Shown piece after piece: positions 57,809-64,000 of a stretch of DNA of 64,000 nt. The position numbers were made by a program, and so were the translations under genes. This DNA comes from the human T2T-CHM13v2.0 reference genome, Homo sapiens. The DNA lies in NCBI RefSeq assembly GCF_009914755.1, contig NC_060932.1; one strand, written 5' to 3'. Position 1 is the first letter of the stretch. Every line of letters begins with the position of its first letter. Under the pieces are notes generated by a model. The model was not told the origin of the DNA. It saw nothing but the letters and a program-made list of their open reading frames with translations, and did no database searches.

Positions 57809-58494
57809 TGAATATTCTGTTTGTATTCCACAAAGACTCTTTTTAGGATGTTTTTTCTTAAAACAACAACAAAAATAAACCCATAAACCCATAAACCCAT
57901 AAACCAGTTCTTCCCCCACATATTGTAACAAGAGAGTATGGAGAGTACAGAGGCTAATTAAGATGTATTTCCTATCACAAAACATGTATCACAGTCACTT
58001 AGACACCTATATTTCTGTTTCCCAAGAGCCAAAAGCCCTTCATGGTCTTTGAGTTCTGTTATGAATCTGCACGCCTGCCCTGTGGAGGGCCGTTGTTCGT
58101 AGCCTTAGCATACAGGTGAGGGAAGGAGTTCCAATGACCTGACAGAGCTATGGAGGCAGCAAGGCACAAAAGCCAGGTTTCCTAAGCACCTGCCTGGTAG
58201 TCAGCTCCCCAGGTCACCTGAGCCACATGAGGAATGCATCTGTTAAGTCTGACAGCTTTGAACTCACTGTCTAGGACCCCACTACAAAGCTGGGGGACTG
58301 GTATGGCCAGGTGGAAGGGAAAAGCCACAAGAAAACTCCAAACGTAAATAGGCTGTGGGGAAGGACTGTTCAACCTGAGTTTCTGATGGGAACCAGACAG
58401 ATAGAATGGGCAGATATGATGGACTGGTGACAGGCTGATCTGAGGCCTGATTTGAGGAGGGGTTGTACCCTTAGGGTGATAACTCATCCTAAAG

Positions 58495-58702
58495 AAGTCT
58501 TTTTCAACCTCTGCACTGCTAACAGTTTAGACCCACTAACTATTGTGGGAGGTGCTGTGATGTACACAATAGGATGTGTGGCAGCATCCCTGGAGCACCC
58601 ACCTATCCCAGATGTGACAACCAAACAGATCTCCAGACCTTGCCAGATGTCCCAGAGCAGGGGGAGGTGGGTGTACAAAATAGCCTTGGTTCTCGACCAC
58701 TG
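58495..58702 (-). mobile_element. MER20
   Basis: ttcaacctctgcactgc..aggatgtgtggcagcatccctgg..tgtgacaaccaaacagatctccagacc..gaccactg. Confidence 0.7.
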
Positions 58703-59321
58703 TCTTGACGGAGAAACAAGCTCAGTAATAAAAACTGACTTGTCAGAGAGGGAGTGTGGTTGTCAAAGTGATGCACACCCCTAGGGTGGGTCCTGTTCTC
58801 CAACCAGCTTTTGTGGACTCACCTGTGAGTCCTAGAGAGACAAAGCTACAAAAAACGTGAGGCTTTCTTTACAGCAAACAAAACTATGAGGATACTGGGA
58901 GCTCAAGCCAGGACTTTTGGGGAATGTAATGGTGTTAGTGTGATAGACATGCTGGTGGTGGGTACGGTAGCAGCAGCAGCCTCATGCCATTAGGGAGTGA
59001 TAGCCCCTCTGGCTGTTGTCAGAAGCATGGGTTTGCTTCAAACAACTGATGCTTGTACAGCCAGTGGAGGTTGAACTTAACATCTGCACATGTGTGAGTT
59101 ATCACTGAGGATACCTAGAAAGACTGAGAGGGCCAGAGAAGGTTGGAGATCTTGCCAGAGTAGGGGAGAGAGAGAGTGGGAAAAATTGTGTTTCTTGCAG
59201 TTAAGGATACCTCTCTTTATAACTCATATTATGTGGTCTAGGGAATCGTGGATTCAATAATAAACACTTACTGGGCACCTTTGGGTGCAATTAATTATCC
59301 TCATTGTAGGAAGAGTTACAA

Positions 59322-59456
59322 AGGATGACCATGTATGGTCTTTGTAGTAGAACCAATCAACCAGGTTTTCCTGCGATTTTCCAGATTTTAGCAATGGAAA
59401 TCCTATATCCGAGAAAATTTCTCAGTCCCAAGCAAATTGGGACAACTGGTCACCCT
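59322..59456. mobile_element. MER94-like hAT-Blackjack MITE
   Basis: Inverted ends aggatgacca / tggtcaccct; internal ctcagtcccaagcaaattgggaca. Confidence 0.6.
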
Positions 59457-61046
59457 CCCTACTGCAGGAACTTTATAGTTTTTTGGAAGAAACAGACAAC
59501 TAAAGAGCCATAATATAATGCAGGATGGAATAACCACGGTAACAGAGGTAAAATGAACTAAAAGGCTGAGAGGAGAGCACGGTTATTTCCACTGGGTGCC
59601 AGGGAAAGGGGGACTGAGGAGGAGGGGGATCCAGGCTGAGCCTTGATAGGTGAGTAGCCACCCCGCACATGAACAAGGGCAGAGGCAGGGCTTTCACAGC
59701 TGAGAAAGACACAGATGCAAGGAAATCACATCACCATTCTTTCCTGAGTCAATTTGCTACTCAAATGTTCAGGTATGTGATGAATACCTATTTAGGCTTT
59801 AAGTAGTGTCCCATGCAAATGAAATGACATGTAAAAGACCTGATGTTCCCAAACTCTATCTGTAGTCTTCTGTGGTTACAAGAAGAAATTCCTTGGCACA
59901 AAGGAACTGGAAATAAGGAACAGAGTTAGTGGGGCTAAGTAAAACCTGGCTTTAAAATCAGTATTCTTCCTTTGGTTTGGAGGGTCATCTCCCCTCCCCT
60001 GTGTCGAGATAAATTTATTAATATATAATTATTCTATTCCATCATTTGAGTAGTCTGATCAGTGTTAAGAAATGAGTGAATTTTGACTCTCAATCAAGCA
60101 ATTGGGACCTATTTTCCTGACTGTCCATTTCAAAATAGAAAATGAGATCATTTTCCATTTGGTCATTTTTTACTCTTGGATGGATGTTCATACATAACCC
60201 CTGGCTCAAGTGAAATCAAAACCAACTTCTATTAAGTCTTCAAAGAGAAACCGTTATCTAAATACATGAATGATATAGATTAGCATCTCTCAAACCCATT
60301 AGCCATCCAACTTGCAGCTCTGTTGTACAAAGTGAAATGGCCTATGGGAGAGGTAGAGGGGCTTAAGGATGGCAGGAGAACTAGACTATGCAAAAGACAT
60401 CATTTTCCTGTTGGGGAACACAAAGAAACTGGGAATCTCTATCATGATCCAACATTTGCTGACCTGAGGCCTTTCTGTCATATATACCAGCCTCACTATA
60501 ACATTCCAGGCTCATTTCAATTTCCGAGACTCTACACTTACTGCTTTAAAATAATTTTCCTGAAATTTTCAGAACCACCTTAATGGTTCTAGGCCAAAAA
60601 AATGAATAAAAGAGAACTGCTATAGAAAATTCAAGTACAAGATTTCCTTGATACTGTATTAAAATATCATAAATGTTAGAAAGAGAACATTAAGACAAAA
60701 ATTACCAGTCAAGTCTGAGGAGGAATATAGCAACATGAAAAAGGGTTCTCAGTCTAGCTGGAAGCAGTCAAAATAAAAAAATCAAGTAAACTTGGAATTG
60801 AGAAAGATTTTTTTTAAAGCAAAGTGAAGAATATTTTCCATAAAAATTCTGCCTTTTTCCCCTCAGAGAGGCTCAGAGATAAAGACCAAAGAAAATCTAT
60901 AGCTTTGTTATTATGAAGTTCTTCCTGCTATCACAAACAAAACAGACAATGAAGTAACCGGCTGGCTTAAAATCTAGAATATGGAAGGTAAGAAACAAAG
61001 CAGCCGAAAACCAAATTTGAGAATAGTTTCAAGGGCAAAATGGGGT

Positions 61047-61334
61047 GGAAGAAGAAAGAAGAAAGAGGGGGAGGAGGGGGAGGAGGAGGGGGAGGAGGAA
61101 GGGGAAGAGGAGGGAGAAGAGGAGGAGGTGGAGGGGGAAAAGGAGGAGGAGGAGAGGGAGAAGGGGGAGAGTGAGGAAGAGGGAGAGGGGGAGGGGAGAA
61201 AGAGCGGGAGGAAGAGGGAGGGGGAGGGGGCAGGGAGGAAGAGGGGGAGGAACAGGGGAGGAGAGGGGGGAGGAGAGGGAGGAGGAGAAGGAGGAGGAGG
61301 AATAGGAGGAGGAGGAGGAGAGGAAGAGGAAGAG
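61047..61334. repeat. GA-rich polypurine tract (288 nt)
   Basis: I count only 6 pyrimidines in 288 nt; GGA/GAGGGG units. Confidence 0.95.
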
Positions 61335-61611
61335 TAAGTAGGTTTAAGCCAATATGTGACTGGACAAAAAGGAAACAGAAAAACAGCAGGAGCTACATTT
61401 AAAGCAAACTTTCCCTGGTGAGCTCCCTCTGTTACCAGCCACAGGTAGAGACTGCAGAGACCCAAGGGAGGCGGGTGGGGCATCCGGGGGAGAAGAAACT
61501 TCACGTGAAGCCTGTGAGGGTCCCACATCAGCCAGGACAATGACAGCAGGAGTGAAGGAGCCTGCCACAGTTCCAGGCATTTGATTTCCACAAACAAAAA
61601 TGAAGTCATTT

Positions 61612-61940
61612 GCAGGTACAGTAGCTCACGCCTGTAATCCCAACACTTTGGGAGGCTGAGGCAGGCTGTAAAGTGATCTTTACAGATGATCACTTGAGGT
61701 CAGGAGTTTGAAACCAGCCTGGGCAACAGAGCAAGACTTTGTCTCTACAAAAAATCTGGCTGGATGTGGTGGCATGCATCCGTAGCCCCAGCTACTCAGG
61801 AGTCTGAGGGGGGAGGATCACTGGAGCCCAGGAGTTTGAGGCTGCAGTGAGCCATGATGGCACCACTGCACACCAGACTGGGCTACTGAGCTTTTTTAGA
61901 GACCCTGTCTTCAAAAAAAAATAAAAAATAATAAAAAAAA
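61612..61940 (+). mobile_element. Alu (J-like) with palindromic insertion
   Basis: Diverged dimer; non-Alu insert at 61666-61687. Confidence 0.9.
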
Positions 61941-64000
61941 AGGACTCACACAGCACATACATAGCCCTACAGCACCAAGAACAGAGCAGTCTTTATTGCT
62001 ATCAAGGGGTGCAGTGGGGCTTTTATTCTTACTCAGAGATAACAATACTCAAGCTTTAGTGTCAAGCTTTAGCATCATGATTTCTTGTAAATCTGAGGAA
62101 TATCATTTATTTGGTGGTTCAATGCTTCTTAAATGAAGGCCCTTAGGGTCTGGGTGCTAGGAGAAACCTCATCTCACCCAACAGATGACAGACTTCTCTT
62201 CATTAAATATGAACAGCTGGAGGACTCTGGCCTTTGTTTTACCCCTTTCTCCTTGCCTGTTGGGATGTCCTGAAACCTAGTGTTTTTGACAAGTTCCAAT
62301 TTTCTATTAGTCCCAATTTCTAGGTGGACCTGTCCCTCTTCCCATATTGTTATTGAGTCCTTGTTCATTGAACTTTATAAAAATCGTTTTATTAAACTTG
62401 TATTTTTTAAAACACAAATACTTTTTGAGAGTAGGTGAGATGACTATAATGAGAAGAAATAATAATGACAATAAATAACTTAGTGCACACACTGTGTGCA
62501 CCCAGGAATAAATTTTGTCCCCATGGATCACCCCAAGCACCGTTCTAGAGCACAAAGACGTGGCCTTTGCCTCCTTCCAGAATATACCCGTGCCTGGCCA
62601 GTACGCCGGGTGAGCTGTTTTCTGCAGACCTAGCCTTCCCCAAGACCGCTTTGTGCCTTGTGACCAGGGCTGCTCTTTCTTGGGAATTCCAGGCTCCACA
62701 TCTCTTCCTTCTGTCCAAGAAGACATATTTATTGTAAGTTGAAGCCATGCAAGTCTTTTCTAGGTAAATAATTAACAAATTGATGCTGATGTGGAAAAAC
62801 CTGCCCCTGATAATAATCCGCATAGAACTGCAAGGCGATAGGGCCCATCTGGACCAAGATTTTCCTTTTACAGAAGATACTAAAGCTGAGATATATGAAG
62901 CAACACATAAAAGATTCCTCAACCAACTGTATGAGAGCAAAGGGTGTTGATATTTTAAAGGTGATGCATGGGAAGGATAATGCTTTAAATACATTAATCT
63001 GAAATAGCAATCATTGCAAACTGTGTGCCAAAAATAGTTGAAAATGGCAACAATTTTGCCACCAATAAATGACCAATGAGGGAGACATAATCTTCTGCTG
63101 TCAATTTCAACAGAGTGGAGACCAAGGAAAGAAATGGAAGTTTCTACATTAGCTTCCTGTGGCTCCTGGCCCCACTGACCGCCTCCAAAAGGGAAGCTCG
63201 TTGGCGAGAAAACAGAGGAGACACAGATTCAGGTGAGAGAAGGCAGCCTGGGGGACCTAGGGAAGACACAAGAGACCTTGGCTTCCACCTAGGACCTTGG
63301 CACCAGCAGCAGGAAGAGCCACAGCAGGCTATTTTGGTATTTCTACAAATTTTAATGAAAGTGGAGAGGGAAGGTAATTCCATCCTAATTACTTGTGAAC
63401 TAACCCCTGGGGGAAAAAAAAAAAAAGCAGGGAAGGGGAGATTTGACATAAGCAAAGGAAAAAAGCTAATCACATTTAGTCAAGATCTTTTATCTGAAGA
63501 GTTAGAGGAGAAGGGATGAGACATGCTGAGAGCTGATGACATATATGCATCTCCCCCACATCCCACAGAAGCGATAGAAACAGAGCCAAAACTTTCCTTT
63601 TTCCTCTGACTGGTAGGCGTGGAAAGAGCTGCTGAAGATGAGCAAGTGAGCAAGTGAGCTGGAGACGTGAGTAAGTGGGACTGACTCTTTGTGATGTCCC
63701 AGGCCTCAACCCTTACTTGAAGGCCATTATGAGAGCCAAGTATGATACCTCTACCCCTTGGGAAAACAATTAATTCCCCCTACACCAAGCGAGCCGGGCA
63801 AAACTCACATATCCATCCCAGGGCTCAGAAGAGCCACAAGAAAAGGGAACTTCAACAAAGGCTGCACAAAGCCCCTGGGGGTTCTTCCTCTCCTCCACCC
63901 AGCTTTTACACTACAAATAAACTAAACAGAGAAATACCCTGTCCTCAAAATATGCACAACAATTCTCAGTCAAGATGAGGAGAGAGCCAAGGAGAATCCA

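Noticed and set aside
57875-57905. (ATAAACCC)n resembling plant or algal telomere repeats
   Set aside because: Fewer than four copies and not TTAGGG; simple slippage repeat.
61334-61339. GTAAGT donor-like site after the purine tract on +
   Set aside because: No matching acceptor or promoter evidence on +; the hexamer is expected by chance.
60974-61693. 239-aa Pro/Ser-rich and Glu/Gly/Arg-rich ORFs
   Set aside because: Products of the stop-free polypurine tract plus Alu sequence.

Overview
This is primate (almost certainly human) genomic DNA, not microbial. It holds the 3' ends of two convergent genes that I recognise from their translated exons. SH2D4A is on the + strand: its last two coding exons (4207-4430, 5439-5531) encode the C-terminal SH2 domain, and its 3'UTR probably ends near 7105. 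CSGALNACT1 (chondroitin sulfate N-acetylgalactosaminyltransferase 1) is on the - strand: its last five coding exons are 50825-50926, 31331-31509, 29647-29741, 19598-19679 and 16666-16955, and its 3'UTR probably ends near 15050. All exons have canonical GT-AG junctions with matching phases. From memory this is human chr8p21.3; I did not check that. The rest is intron or intergenic DNA rich in repeats: about 24 Alus, a 5'-truncated 2.45-kb L1PA with TSD, a ~5-kb block of old L1, three THE1 solo LTRs, an MLT1 LTR, an ERV1 LTR, many hAT/Tigger MITEs, MIR/L2 relics, a 33-bp minisatellite and a 288-nt polypurine tract. I find no new multi-gene system, and most ORF-track entries are spurious. The best leads are testable RNA-processing hypotheses: (1) a sense THE1 LTR with an intact splice donor upstream of an in-frame ATG in CSGALNACT1; (2) intronic and LTR-derived polyadenylation of SH2D4A; (3) the intronic minisatellite. 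Several unusual micro-rearrangements and nested insertions are also listed. Repeat subfamily names come from recalled consensus sequences and need RepeatMasker/Dfam confirmation.
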